In this document: positions 27,129 to 41,100 of the stretch, piece after piece
Layout: each line of letters begins with the position of its first letter
Numbering within the stretch: the stretch's first letter is position 1
Source: Lama glama
Taxonomy: Eukaryota
DNA: 64,000 nt
Assembly: GCA_028534125.1 (NCBI GenBank)
Contig: CM052816.1
Coordinates: forward strand, 48,920,001 to 48,984,000
Direction: 5' to 3'
Translations under genes and position numbers: made by a program
Notes under the pieces: model-generated
What the model saw: only the letters and a program-made list of their open reading frames with translations
The model's database searches: none
What the model was told of the DNA's origin: nothing

Positions 27129-27282
27129 CAGAAGAGACCTAACCAGTATTTGAAATACCAAAACCAACAACAACAAAAAACAGTGATAGTAGAAATAAGA
27201 GGAGTAAAATGAAAATATCACAATGTATTCCCACGTATTAAAATTAAAATCTCATTTTCACAAAAATCCACAGGGGAAAAGT
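27129..27282 (+). pseudogene. Candidate fossil exon: EET*PVFEIPKPTTTKNSDSRNKRSKMKISQCIPTY*N*NLIFTKIHRGK
   Basis: Very strong acceptor tctttctcttttttgttcag; weak donor; three stops. Confidence 0.3.
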
Positions 27283-27699
27283 GTATAAGAAAGTCATAGA
27301 CTATCTTTACTTTCCACAGATAGCTTACAGTTTATCAATTCTGTACACTATTATGTATACTTTTAATAATACCATATTCCCAGCTTCCCCAAAGCTGGAA
27401 CGATAACAGATACACACAAAAATATATCATATATGTATATATTTTTTCACACACACATAAACAGTTCTGAATTCTATGGTATGCATTAGTCTTGTGACCT
27501 AAAGCAGTGGACTCCTGCCTTCTTAGCCTCAGTTTCTTAATAGAGTTCTTCATGTCCTAATTTTTTTTTATTAATTTAGTTGATACCTATATTACAATGA
27601 AAATGCAGACATATTTTATTCTTTCTAGATTATGTATTGCCCACATCTGGGAGTTGATTGTGATCCTTCCCACAGATCAGAGAAGTAGAGTGTGTATTT

Positions 27700-29912
27700 C
27701 CTTCATCTTTTTCTACCTCTTGCTCCAAACAAAACTAACTCACCTGTATCTCCATGGTAGGAGCTGGGTCATACATCAAGTGCTGCCACTTTTAATGCTA
27801 CCACCTGAGGGATGAACCTCCATATTACATAGCTCTGATAGCCAACGAGCTTGCATTCATGAAACCTATAGACATAGAAAACAAAGAAATATTTTTTAAA
27901 CAGGAGGCACCCTCCCTGTAGCTATAAACAAAGATCAGAGTAAAATTACATGAATTAAAACCTGAGAAGACAGTGGAAAAGATCAATGAAACTAATAGCT
28001 ACTTTTTTAAAAAGATAAAAGAAAATTGACAAATCTTTAGCTAGTGTAACTAAGAAAATAAGAGTGACTCAAATAAAATCAGAATCAAATGAGGAGATAT
28101 AACTAATAACACAAAAATACTAACAAACATAATAAAGTACTATAAACAGTTATACACCAACAAATTAGATAACTTAGAATAAATATGTAAATTCCTAGAA
28201 ATATGTAAACTAACAAGACTGAATCATGAAGAAATAAAAACAATTCTGAAAAGGTGAATTATGAATAATGTGGTTAAATCAGAACTCAAAAACTTCCAAA
28301 TAAAGAAAAATCCAGGAACACATGGCTTCATTGATTAATTCTGCCAAGCAGTTAAAGAGTAATTCACCAGTCCTTCCCAAACTCTTTCAAAAAAACTGAA
28401 GAGTGGGAATACTTCCAAAGTCATTTAACAAGGCCAGTATTACTGTGATTCCAAAGTCAGACAAAGACAATACATGTAAAGAAAATTTCAGGCCAATAAC
28501 CCTAATAAACATAGATTCAGAAATCCCCAACACAATTTAACAAACCAAATTCAACAGCACATTGGAAGGATTGTGTGTTATGATCAAGTGGGACTTATTC
28601 ATGGAATATATGATGATTCAGCATCAATAAATCAGTAAGTGTGATACACCACATTAACAATATGAAGGGTAAAAATAATATAATCATCTGAACAGACGGA
28701 GAAAAGACATTTAACAGAATTCAGCATTTTTCATGATAAAGATTTTCAACAGCAACAATAAATAAATAATGTATTAATGAATTCATCCATCTAACTGCCA
28801 AAATTTTGCTGAATAAAGTGTGCATAGAAAGTACATCAACATGATGAAGGCCATATATGACAAGCCCACAGCCAGCTTCAGAGTCAGTAGTGAAAAGCTG
28901 AAAGCTGAAAACTTTTCTTCTGAGATCAAGAGCAAGACAAGGATTCCTATTCTCTACATTTTTATTGAATATAGTAGTAAGAGGTTTAGACAGAGCAAAT
29001 TGTCAAGAAAAATTAATAAAAGGCATCAAAACCCAAAAGAAGCAAACTTATGTCTGTTTGTAGATGACTTACTATATAGAGAAGTCCCTGAAGACTACAA
29101 AAAAAACTATTAGAACTAATAAAGGATTCAGTAAAGTTGCAGGATACAAAAATCATTATACCAAAATCACTTGTATTTCTGTGCAGTTAATGACAACTAT
29201 CATAAAGAAAAAATAAGGAAAAATTCCATTGATAATAGCATCAGAAAAGAATAATATACTTAGAAAAAAATTTAACTAAGGAAGTAAAAGAACTATGGAC
29301 AGAAGACTGTAAAACATTGATGAGAGAAATTGAAGAAGACAAAAATAAATGGGAAGGTATTCTGTGTTCATGGTCGGAAAGTATTAATATTTGATAAAAT
29401 GTCCAAATCACGCAAAGTGATCTACAGATTCAGTACAGTCCATACCCAAGTTCCAATGGCATTTTTAACAGAAAAAGAAAAAGAAGTCCTACAATTTGTG
29501 TGGAACTACAAAAGACCTCATATAGTCAAAGTAATTTTTGAAAGAGAAGAACAAAGCTGTAGACATCACACTACCTGTATTCAAACTATGTTACAAAGCT
29601 ATGGTAATCAAAACACTTAGCATAAAAACAGAAATATAGATTGATGGAACAGAATAGAGAGAAGTAAGCCCTGAGTATAGTTGATAATATTGTTTTATAT
29701 AATTGAAACTTGCTAAGTGAATAGAACTTAATGTTCTCACACACACACACACACAAGAAAAGGAAGCAAATATGTGAAGTGACTGATGTGTTTATTAACT
29801 TGGTGGTGGGAATCCTTTCACAATGCATGTATATATCAAATCTTCACATTGAACACTAAATACCTCATAATTTTATTTGCCCTTTATAACTCAACAAAGC
29901 TGGAATAAAAAG
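27700..29912 (+). mobile_element. Internally deleted L1 (5' UTR piece, ORF2 middle, L1MA-like 3' end)
   Basis: LFVDDLLY RT motif in ORF 28820..29113; jumps at ~27930 and ~29670; 3' end ctcaacaaagctggaataaaaa. Confidence 0.85.
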
Positions 29913-30390
29913 ATTATGTACTGTCTACTTACCATCCTGTGACTGGCACATAGTTAGGACCACATGATTTTACTGAGCAGTTAATTCCTTTTAATAAAAC
30001 AATGTAAGCAAAAGCTTCAAAACATGTTATATTAAATGTTAAAGATATGTTTGGCATTAGTAAGGGTCAGAATAAACATTTTTAAATTCCCAATGGAAGT
30101 CTCACTTCCTTTTAAGAAAAGAATAATCCTGCGGTGTTGAGGATATAAATTATTTTTTGGGATTAAACTTTGAAATTAAATAAATAAATAATAAGAAGCT
30201 GGAGATGGATCAGTTGTATACATAATTAAGCAAGTATAAATATAGGTTAGGTTTTCCTATTACTTATTTTTATTTTACTTGATTTTTTGTTTTTAATGTT
30301 CAAGAATAACGCAGCTTAATGTCTCAACTTTTTGTATTTTTCCATTTATACTTAAGTCATTTTCCATAAAATCATTTTTTTCCTATATAA

Positions 30391-30625
30391 TGGGTTTCCA
30401 AGTGATGATGGGAAAGAGTCAACTGGCTTATCTATGTGGCTTACTGAGTATTCACATTAGCAGAGAATAGATGGTTTACTTTGAACCAGAAGACAGTATT
30501 GTACAGGGAACGATAGAAGAATACTTGTAGAGTGACAAATCAAAGGTGAAGCAATGTAGAAATACGATGTCAATACCGAAGACACAAAACTAGTGCTAGA
30601 TACATGTACCAAATCAAAAGTGAAG
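30391..30625 (+). pseudogene. Candidate fossil exon: GFPSDDGKESTGLSMWLTEYSH*QRIDGLL*TRRQYCTGNDRRILVE*QIKGEAM*KYDVNTEDTKLVLDTCTKSKVK
   Basis: Pyrimidine tract with apparently mutated acceptor (tataa); 78 codons; 4 stops (TAG/TGA, each one transition from CAG/CGA/TGG); AAG|gttata donor. Confidence 0.45.
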
Positions 30626-31265
30626 GTTATATAAATAGCAAAAGTATTAAAATTATTTCTGTAGGGCATGCAGTGAATACAGCTCAGGTTCAAATATTAA
30701 AAAGTACATGATTATACTTTTTAAATTGTTAAAACTATTTAGAACAGTCTTGCTATGATAATGTATGTATATATGTACTCCTATATAGCTGGAGGAAGTT
30801 GGATAAAATGATCCCTTGTGGATACTGCCATTTCTGTAATTCAGACTGAATATTCACATAAACTAGAGACAATCTATTCAGTCTCAATGATCTGTGAAAA
30901 GGACATGTAAAGCAGGAAAAGAGGACTTGAACCAGATGGACTGGTTAACAATAGAACATTTTACAAATTGCCAAGAAAATAAAAACAAGAGGTAGGAAAC
31001 CACAGCCTTGACAAGAACATTTCCCCTGATCTGATAGAAGCAGGAATAACTATGATGCTACATTTCTAACAAACATAATCATTGTGTTCACCATAAGAAC
31101 CAATTGTTCTTAGCCATGTGGAACCAAAATTAATTTCTAAATTATGAACCAACAGATTGCAATGAGCTTCCCTATCATTTAGGAGCAGAAAGACCCAGAA
31201 AATTGAGTATATTGGTACATTGTTCAGGGAAAATATTTAAGGAATATAAATTTTGCATTTTATAA

Positions 31266-31316
31266 TGGGATGCAGGTTTCAATGATCATGATTTTTCAAG
31301 AGTAAAGAAAAAACAG
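31266..31316 (+). pseudogene. 5' half of fossil exon split by L1: WDAGFNDHDFSRVKKKQ
   Basis: Follows ttttgcattttataa (probable AG->AA acceptor); ends in the left TSD of the L1; continues in frame at 36300. Confidence 0.45.
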
Positions 31317-31715
31317 AGAAGATAATGTTAGTATCATGGTGACAAAGGAAGATTTGCATTTGTTCCCCTCCACAACAAAAATTCAGCATCCTTCCCTGAA
31401 CAGAGTGCCTTTGAGGAAACCTAGTGATCAGCTCCACACAACAAGGGGCTTGAGAGAAGTCTTGTACCTCTGCGATTTAGGTAATAAATGCACCTTGGTC
31501 CTGGCTGTGGAAACTATAGTGGCCTCTGAACCAGCTCCAGCCCTTTTCAGCTGTAGTCCAGGTACCGCTGGAAAACACTGCCTTAGATAATTACCCATGG
31601 ATGAAGGAGTCTTTGATGATGATACCCACAGTTCTAAAGAAATGCCAGAATCCTGGCAAGTGTGTGTGTGTGTATATATGTGTATGAGTTTATATATATA
31701 TATGTGTGTGCATGA

Positions 31716-31759
<44 letters not shown>

Positions 31760-34700
31760 GGATGCATTGGAGTAGGAATACATTTCTCTCTTGCTCCATG
31801 AAGATTATTGAATCATGAGCTACATGAATGGGGATCAGGAAGTGTCTGGGAGAGCAGCAGATAGGACTCTCAGAGGATTTAAACAGGTATGTAAACTACT
31901 AAATATATTGTGAATTCCATCAAGAAGTCTGCCCACAAGACACTAGAAAAACTTTACCTGCACATTCCCTGCAACTAGTCCACAGGCACCTGCTGTGTTC
32001 CATGTGCCTCACCCACAAATACCCCCACCCTCTAACTGGTTCCTTGTGCATGTGCCAGACTTTGGCGTGAGAACAAACTTTGACACATGGCTAGTAAGCA
32101 TGAACAGAAAGCTGGCCCAAATCTGTAGGCCAGGGAGAGACAACAAACTTGATTTATAGTGCCATCTTTTGGAGGAAAAGAAATGCTATCAGCACTCAGT
32201 CTGATGCATTGCAGGATCCCAAGAAGTCATACAAACTTAAGAATTCTGAGAAATCTGCCACAGAAGAATCAAGAATCAAGGTGCAGGTGTACCTACAGAA
32301 GATCTGAAATAGCCTCAGAATCTTTCCTAGTGCTGATGGAAGGTCTCCCTTTCTCCTGAAGTCACTGAGTAAAGACTGGAGGAGATAACTGCTACTTCGG
32401 ACACAAAGACATCATTGCAAAACTTCAAGGAGTATGAAAATTTAAATTGATACCACCAGAGGGTTACAGTAATCTTCCAGTAATCAAACCAAAGACATGG
32501 AGATCTTCAATTTACCTAATAAAGAATTCCAACAGCTATTTTAAGGAAAATCAATGAACTACAAGAAGACACAGAAAGACAATTCAACAGTTGGGAAAAC
32601 AATACATGAATGAAATGAGAAATATAACAAATATATATAAGTTATTAAAAAAAAAGAACCAAACAGAGCTAAAGAACACAATGAACAAAGGGAGAAATAG
32701 ATGACATTAAAATAATAGTAAGTACTAGAAATAGAAAGTACTCTACTTTCTACAATGGATGGATTATCCACATAGAAAATTAATAGGGAAATGTTGGAAA
32801 TAAGCTACACTCTAGACCAAATGGACCCAACAGATATTTATACAGAAAATTCAATTAAAAAGTACACATTCTTCTCAAGTGCACTCAGAATATTCTCCGG
32901 GATAGATCATAGGTCCATAAGTTACAAAATAAGACTAAGCAGAATTAAATTTATGAAGAATGAAATCATACCAAGTGTCTTTACTAACCACAATGATATG
33001 AAACTAGAAAACAATACAGATGGAGGGCCAGAATATTTAAAAATATGTGGAAATTAAACGAGACACTCCTGAACAACAAATGGGTTGAAGAAAATAAAAA
33101 GGGGAATAAAAAATGCTTTGAAACAAATGAAAATGGAAACATAACATACCAACACCTATGAGATGCTGCAAAAGCAGTTTTAAGAAGTTTATCGTGATAA
33201 ATTCCTATATTAAGAACATAAAAAGATCTCAAATAAGCAGCTTAAAACAGTCTAATTTTACACTTTAAGAAACTTTAAAAAGAGAAACAAATTAAGCTCA
33301 AAATTAGCAGAAGATGGAAATGATGAAGATCATAGCAAAAATAATAAAATAGATATCAGAAAAGATCGACATTTTTAAAAGATAAATATAATTGACAAAC
33401 CTTTACCTATCTTAAGAAAAATAAGAAGACTCAAATAAAATTAAAAAATACAAAAAGAGGAGAAATTACAGTTGGTAACACAGCAATACAAATAATCATC
33501 TCAGACTACTAAGAACAATTATATGGGAACAATTTGAGTAACCTAGAATAAATGGATAAGATCCTAGAAACATAAAGCCTATCAAGACTGAATCATAAAG
33601 AAATAGATAATTTTTGAAAGACCAATAACTAGTAAAGAGATTGAATAAGTAATCAAAATTATCCGAACAAAGAAAAACCTAGGGCCAGATGGTTCTCTGG
33701 TAAATTCAACCAAACATTTAAAGAGAAAGTAGTGCCAGTGTTTCTCAAACTCTTCCAAAAAAATTGAAGAGGAAGGGACCCACATAAATTCATTTTATGA
33801 TAACAGAATTACCTTTACACCAAAGCTAGATAAGGATACAACAAATAATGAAGACTGTACACCAATATCCAAATGAATATAGATATAAAAATTCTCAACA
33901 CAGCATTAACAAAACAAATTCAAAAGCACGTAAAAAGAATCATCCACCGTATTCAAGCAGGGTTTAACCCTGGTGTGTAAGGATCAAAAATCAATAAATA
34001 TGACACACTACATTAATAGAATAAAATATAAAAATCATGATTATCTCAATAGATGCAGAGAAATTATTTGACAAAATATAACATTGTTTCATGGTAAAAA
34101 TAATCAAATAATTTGGTGTAGAAAATACATGGCTCAACATAATAAAGGCCATGTATGACAAACCCACAACTACCATCACACTCGGTGAAATATTGAAAGC
34201 TTTTTCTCTAAGATCAAGAACAAGTCAGTGGTGTGCACTCTCACCATTTCTATTCAATGTAGTACTGAAAGTCCTAACCAGAACAATTAGGTAAGAAAAA
34301 GAAACAAAAGGCACCCAAATCAAAAATTAAGAAACAAAATTGTCTTTGTAGATGACATAATCATATACATTTAAAATCCTAAATACTGCATCAAAAAACT
34401 GTTAAAAACTACCAGATACAAATTCAACATACAATCAGTTGTGTTTCTGTACACTAACAATGAGCCATTTGAAAAATAAATCAGAATAACCCCGTTTGCA
34501 GTAGCATCCAATACAGTAAACTCCTTAAGAATATATTTAGCCAAACTGTAAGGCTGTAATGAAAGAAATAGAGGAATATACAAACAAATTGGAATATATT
34601 CCATATTTATGGAGTTTTTAAGAATTAATATTGCTAAACTGTCCATACTACTGTAAGTCATTAGTAGTTTCAATGGAATCTCTGTCAAAATTCTAACAAT

Positions 34701-36286
34701 TTTTTCACAGAAATAGAAGAAAATAATCCTGAAATTTGTATGGAACCACAAAAGTTTCTGGATAGCCAGAGCAATCCTGAGAAAGAAACAAAGCTTTGAA
34801 ACACTGCACTTCTTATTTCAAACTATACTACAAAGCTATAGTAGTCAAAACAGTATATACTATCATAAAAATAGATATAGACCAATGAAACAGAATTGAG
34901 AGCCCATAAATAAATGCTCCCATTTGCAGTCTACTACTATTTGGCAAGTGAGATAAGAATACTCAGTGGAAAAGGATAGGCTCTTCAAAAAGTTGTGTTT
35001 GGAAAACTGGATAACCACATGGAGATGAACAAATTGAACTCCTATCTTATACCACTCACATACATTAACTCAAAATGGATTAAAAACATACAAGACCTGA
35101 ACCCATAAAATTCTTGAAAGAAAACATGGGGAAGTAGTGCCTTAACACTGGTCTTGGCAATGATTTTTGGATATGACACAAAAAGCTTAAACAACTAAAC
35201 AAAAAATTAATAAATGGAATTGCATCAAACTAAAAAAGTTTTTGCATAGCAAAGGAAAAAATCAGCAAAATGAAAAGGCAGCCTAAGAATTGAAGAAAAT
35301 ATTTGCAAATCATACATCTGGTAAGAGATTAGCATTCACATATATTAAAATTTAATTCAACTCGCTACTAAAAAATACAGAAAATCCAATTTTTAAAATG
35401 GATAGAAGAACTAAATAGTATCTTTTCCAAGTAAGATGTACAAATGGCCAACAGGTGCATGAAAAGATGCTAAACATCAAGTAGTCATTAGGGAAATGCA
35501 AATCAAAACCACAAAAATCTCAAACCAGTTACATTGCCTGTTATCAAGGAGACAAGAGATGACAAATGCTGACAAAGATATGGAATGGAAACCCTTGTGC
35601 ACTGTTATGGGAATGTAAATTAGTACAGCTACTACAGAAAACAGTATGGAGTTTCCTGAAAAAATAAAAATAGAACTGCTATATGTTTGACTAACCCTAA
35701 TTCAGGAGTATGCCTAAAGGAAATGAAAATGAAATCTCAGAGATAGCTACACTCCCATGTACATTAATTACAGCATTATTTAAATAGCCAAGATATGGAC
35801 ATCTGTCAACCTAAGTGTCCATCACCAGATGAATGGATAAAGAAGATGGGGTATAAATACACAATGGAATATCATTTATATGTTGATCTAAAAAAGTGGA
35901 AATTTTAGAAATGGAGGCCAGAATGGTGGTTACTAGGGGCTTAGGAGTTAGGATAATGGGGATATGTTGATCAAAGAATATAAACTTCCAGTAATAAGAT
36001 GAGTAAGTTCTAGGAATTTAATATACAGCATGGTGATTATGGTCAATAGGACTATGTTATTGATTTGAAAGTTGCTAAGGGACTGAATCTTAAACATTCT
36101 CACCAGAAAAAAAAAGGTAATTATGTAATGAGATGGAGATGTTAGCTAAAAGTATGATTGTAATCATTTTGCAATATATAAGTTTTCAAATCAGTACTTT
36201 GTACACAAATTTAAAATAAGTCAAATATGTCTCTGTAAAGCTGTAAAAATAAACAATACATGTGCTGCTTATCAAAAAAAGAAAAA
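31317..36286 (+). mobile_element. Old L1 (L1MA8-10-like) with both ends, an internal ORF1-EN deletion and a degenerate 13-bp TSD
   Basis: 5' UTR, ORF1 start (~32430), jump into EN at ~32720, RT, 3' UTR, AATAAA 36248, A-tail. TSD AAAGAAAAAACAG (31304-31316) vs AATGAAAGAACAG (36287-36299). Confidence 0.9.
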
Positions 36287-36299
36287 AATGAAAGAACAG

Positions 36300-36460
36300 G
36301 AAAATATCTGGAAGAAATTCATTAAATTTAAAACGTATATAACTACCAGAGATTTGTTCATTGGGTTTTGGCATGCTAGAATTAGAAAATCCTATAAACA
36401 CTGAGAGCTAAATTTAAGATAGAGGAATGCTAAATGTTTCCATGAAAGATAGTGATCTGA
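36300..36460 (+). pseudogene. 3' half of L1-split fossil exon: ENIWKKFIKFKTYITTRDLFIGFWHARIRKSYKH*ELNLR*...
   Basis: Starts directly after the right TSD; 34 open codons in frame with the 5' half; possible donor gtgaat at 36461. Confidence 0.45.
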
Positions 36461-37572
36461 GTGAATACTTATTTTAGAAATGTTTACCTGTCTTAGAAAT
36501 AAATGTCATTTTTAAGAAAATTTGGATATTTGACAAATGTGTTTCTGTCTTGAATGGGTTATCAAAAAGATAAAAAGACAACTTGGACTTACTGCTATAC
36601 CTTTGCAATGTCACGGACCAAAATTTATGGATTGAGGTGTTGTCATAGTGTTACATTTATTTTAACACCCAAGGCAGGATTACTATAAATTTCTTAATAT
36701 GTTGTTACATGGCATATATCTTCACAAAATTAACAACATATTTATACAAATCTCATATGGCTAGCTTATGTTGATTTAAAATTGGGCACTACAGCAGAAG
36801 AAATTTTTTCAAAATTAATTGCACATGCTAGGGAAATAGCAGCAACAACTGAATATTAGTTAGACTTCTCCCAGATGCAATGATAGAATGTGCATTGGAA
36901 CATACAAGTTTCTAGTCCAGGAAAGGAGTCTCACTGGAGATTGATAAATAATGAATTCTGAGAACCAGACCTTGGACATACTAATAATTATAATAGCACA
37001 ACAATTATTGCTATACTTTGCATTTTTACTTTATTAACTTAATTTACTTATATTCAGTATACTTTTAGTATAAATTTGCAGGGTTCCTTATATATATTGT
37101 TATCTCATTGCTGTTGCTTTCTGGAAAATCACTTTTTTTGATGCAATGATTCTTTTCATTTGTAATTTTAACTTTTAAAATCAAAAAGCATATTGAGTTT
37201 ATGTTAATGGCAAAATTAAAGTAAAATTACAATATTTGTTTTGAAATTATCAAGGACTAAAAACTTGTCTTCATAGTTCATCATTTGTAGTCTGCCTTAT
37301 TTAGACCCTGTGGCATAGACATTTATTAATTAAAAACCCTTACGATATTCATTGTATGACTTACATAATAGGTGACTATATCAATGAAGGTATTACCAGT
37401 TTCTAGCATCTTCAGGTATTTTTCATCTCATGTAAATGATCAGAAGTTAAATGTTTTTAATGGAACATTAGTATGTAGTTTCTTTTTCTGTGTGTAATTA
37501 CTTTTAATTCTACTCTGCCTATCCTAATATAAATAATAACAAATCCAAAAGGAAGTAAAACCAACTCTATAG

Positions 37573-37767
37573 GAAGCAAATAGTCTTTTGAAACCTGGAG
37601 GAATGTGGCCCTTACAAAAGAGTTACTTTGGGAAGTTTGGCCTCCAGTTTTGGAATGCAAAAGAAAAGAAATATCTAGCAAATTAACAATCAGTCTCTCA
37701 AGACCTCAGAAATAGCATTTCCAATAAAAGCTGCTAATTTTACAAAACCTAACAGATACTAAGCAAT
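37573..37767 (+). pseudogene. Candidate fossil exon: SK*SFETWRNVALTKELLWEVWPPVLECKRKEISSKLTISLSRPQK*HFQ*KLLILQNLTDTKQ
   Basis: ctctatag acceptor (true start may be ~40 nt upstream), |gtaagc donor, phase 1-1, 43-codon open stretch. Confidence 0.45.
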
Positions 37768-38157
37768 GTAAGCTGTTCATAGACATGCTTTCATTTACTG
37801 TTTATAACACTCTGTATTATGGATATTTGGAAATAGACCAGTAACTTACAAATATTCTCATGAAGAAATTCAAAATAATTAAATTTAAAATACACACACT
37901 AGCACAGTATATTTTAATTTTCCACATGTTAATTGGGGCTAGTCTTATTTGTTAATAAGAAATATATTATTTAAATGTGTTAAAATAAGTATTTTGTAAA
38001 GGAGCCTAAATATATTCTTTGAAAATTCAGGCCATGCATTTTATTAGTAAATTATAAAAACTACTTTTAAACTATTATCTACTTTTAAATCTCATTTTAA
38101 TTTAAAAGTATATCCATTGAGATAAAGATTTAAGAAAAAATTGTGGTAAATCCACAT

Positions 38158-41100
38158 AGTAAAAACAATTAATAAACAGAAAACTCAATTAAATAGAGTT
38201 GGGAGACCAGAAGGAGGAGCTCTCATGGCCTGTGAGGATAGCAGAGACGACAAAAAGAAGACACTTCTTTTTTCCTGGTAAGGACTTAGCCAATGAAAAG
38301 CCATGAACTCTTTGTTTACTATAGCCTTCCCAAATTCCTTTCCTCTCCACAGAAACGTTTTTCTTCACTTGCCTTGTGAGGGATCCTCATGGTTGCCGAT
38401 CTCGAATTGCAGTTCTCTCCTGATTCCAAGTAAATCCATCTTTGCTGGAGAAATATCTGGCAGTCTGTTGTTTCAAATCAGCATTTTGGTGGCTTATATG
38501 GGCACCAGAGAGACCCCTGATGGCTCTGGGGCTGGTGTGCAAACAGATGTGTTAACCACAATTGAACGCATTTCTGCTCACTATTTTCCTTGCTGACCCT
38601 GTAGTTTGAAGGTATATTTTTTTTTTCCTGGATCTGAGTTCCCATCCTCTCTGCCGTTGACTTTCTCCAGGTTTTATTCAGGATCTACTTAAAGGTTTCC
38701 TCTTTCTGGTAAAGGCCTTAATCTGTATGCATGTACTGACTTCAGCCTGATTTTGAAATCAGAGACTGTTTCACTGAAACTGGCTAGCCTTTGGTCTTTT
38801 CCCTTTGGAACAGGGGCTACTTCTCCTGAAGTCTATTCCTTTGTGAACAGTGATTGTTTTCTCTGAAATAATACTGAGTTTTTCAGCCTTTAGCCTATAG
38901 TTTTAGAAGGGCTGTTCTCTGGAAACTGGTTGAAAAAGCCTTTGGTCTGACTCCTCTGGGATCAAGCTATTTCCTTTGAATTGACTGGAAATGGCTTGCA
39001 GGCTATTTGAATTGAACCATTTGTGCCATAAGCTGTTTAAGCAGTTTAAAACTTTCCTATACACTAGGGGAAAAACCTCCAGGAAAAAGGATCCCTGTTA
39101 TCTTAATATTTTGAGGACACCCCACCCTGAGATTCTAGTAGATTTTGTTTAAAAACCATGGTCCTCCTCATGAGCATTCCTAAATAAATGGACTGCCCGA
39201 CAAAGACAACTTACAATATCATTGGCCATTATGGAGAACTTTTGAAATCTCTAAACTTAATTTTCTTAAAACTGAATTGGACTGTAATAGCTCAGAAATT
39301 TTCAGAACAGAGTGGAATGTTTATTTTGATTGGTATTTTGAGGTTTCCTAATGTTATTATGAGTTTAAAATTGCCTCTCTATAGAATAATATTTAAGACA
39401 GTTAACTGAGACAAATAAATAATTAGAAAAAGTTAAAACAGTTCCCAAAGCCTCAGGCTCTTCTTCTTTGATTTCTTTGCCTCAGGCTCCACCTCCAGCT
39501 CCATTTTCTTCCTTTCTGTGCCACCAATGCATCCACTATCATTGGAGGCATATATAACTTGAATCCCCCCTACTAGTTCTCCCACCAGACTACCCCTTTT
39601 CTCTGAAGCCCCCTCCATTCCCTTTTCCTTTTCCTTTGGACTTCTCAAAACCAGTCCCTTTAAAATGAAGCATCTGAGTATCAGCTAGTTCATATGTTTG
39701 TTAGTGATGGCAAGGCCCAGCATTGGATGAAAACGACTAATTGGGAACATCCTGAAAGGTCTCTAGAATTACAACCGGGATATTAGCCCACTAACTTACA
39801 TGATCATGCTCAGGCAATTACTAGACAACTCCATAGAGCAGTTCTTAGGGCTTTTCCAAAGCTGTTGGTTGGAACAAAATTCAAGCTTGCACACAGAAGT
39901 CTGACATATCTGTTCATGATGATTATTATAATAGACTTCAGATTATTTTTAAAGAGGATTCTGGTCTTCCTTCATGTGTTGATTCAGGCCAGGTAGCTTT
40001 AAACTCTATTATTAATGTGCTGAACTTTCCCTTCTAGTCAAAAGGACCATGATGGAATGGAAAATTATGTCCACTCCAGTTTTGGTTCATTTGACATACC
40101 AACTCTCTTGTACTCTAGATGTGTCACCTACAAGGAAGACCACGAAGATGTTTAAACTTAAATTCCAGAAAATAAAGGCTCTTTAACAAAACCTAAATGC
40201 TACTACTTTTTTCTATTATTGCAAAGAGACAGAACATTGGAAAAGACATTATAACAAATTTAAGCACTTCAGTCACCTTTTGCTCTCTAATAGACTTTCC
40301 AATTCCTTCTAAATTGTCAATGACAAGGCCCCCAGGAACTACAGGGGCTCTTCCCAAATCTCTTTCTTAATTGGGTTGGATAAACATTTCTCCAGATTAG
40401 GTATGTCGATGGAAAGAATCAGTATACAATCTAAAATAGAAATAGAAGACAGTTTAATTTGAGCCAAATATAACCTAGGAGACAGATTCAAAAAACACTT
40501 AAATTTTGTTCCATCGGACTGTTAAATGAGGGGGGGGGGTTCTTATACAAGCAAGCACCACAGAGTTATTTAAGTTGTTTGTCAAGAATTGTAGTTTGAG
40601 CTGGCAAGAAGTATAGATGTTAAGCAATAATTGTTTGGGGTTTGAAATGATTGAATGGTTATAAGATGAGACCTTGAGAACATACGGTTGCAACCAGCAG
40701 CTGCTAGCAGATATTATTTTGAGAAGAGCTGGTGGTGGTTTTGAGTTAATATAGTTCAGAAAATTCACCTTCCTGTTGATGCAAGAATGTGTCTGAAATG
40801 TGTACATTTACAATAGCCATCAGGCTCCGTTCTGCAAACCTGAACTATAGTTTCTCCATTTTGATTTTTAAATGCATTCTTTTCCTTAATGGTTAGAGCA
40901 GATGTATAGTGCACATTTGATTATGCCACAAAACAGGCTGTTTTAGTTAGCCTAATGTTTATACTAAGTCACATATAAGTGAGAATGACTCCCCCCATAC
41001 CTCAGTGTGTGAAAAATTTTTCCATCAGTATTAGTCTCTTCTAGTCCTAATTGACATCAGAGCCATATTCTTGGTGCTTAACTCCACTATTATAAAGCAA

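Noticed and set aside
31428..31818. ORFs with VCVC/THTH runs
   Set aside because: Translation of a (TG)n/(CA)n microsatellite inside an L1 5' UTR.
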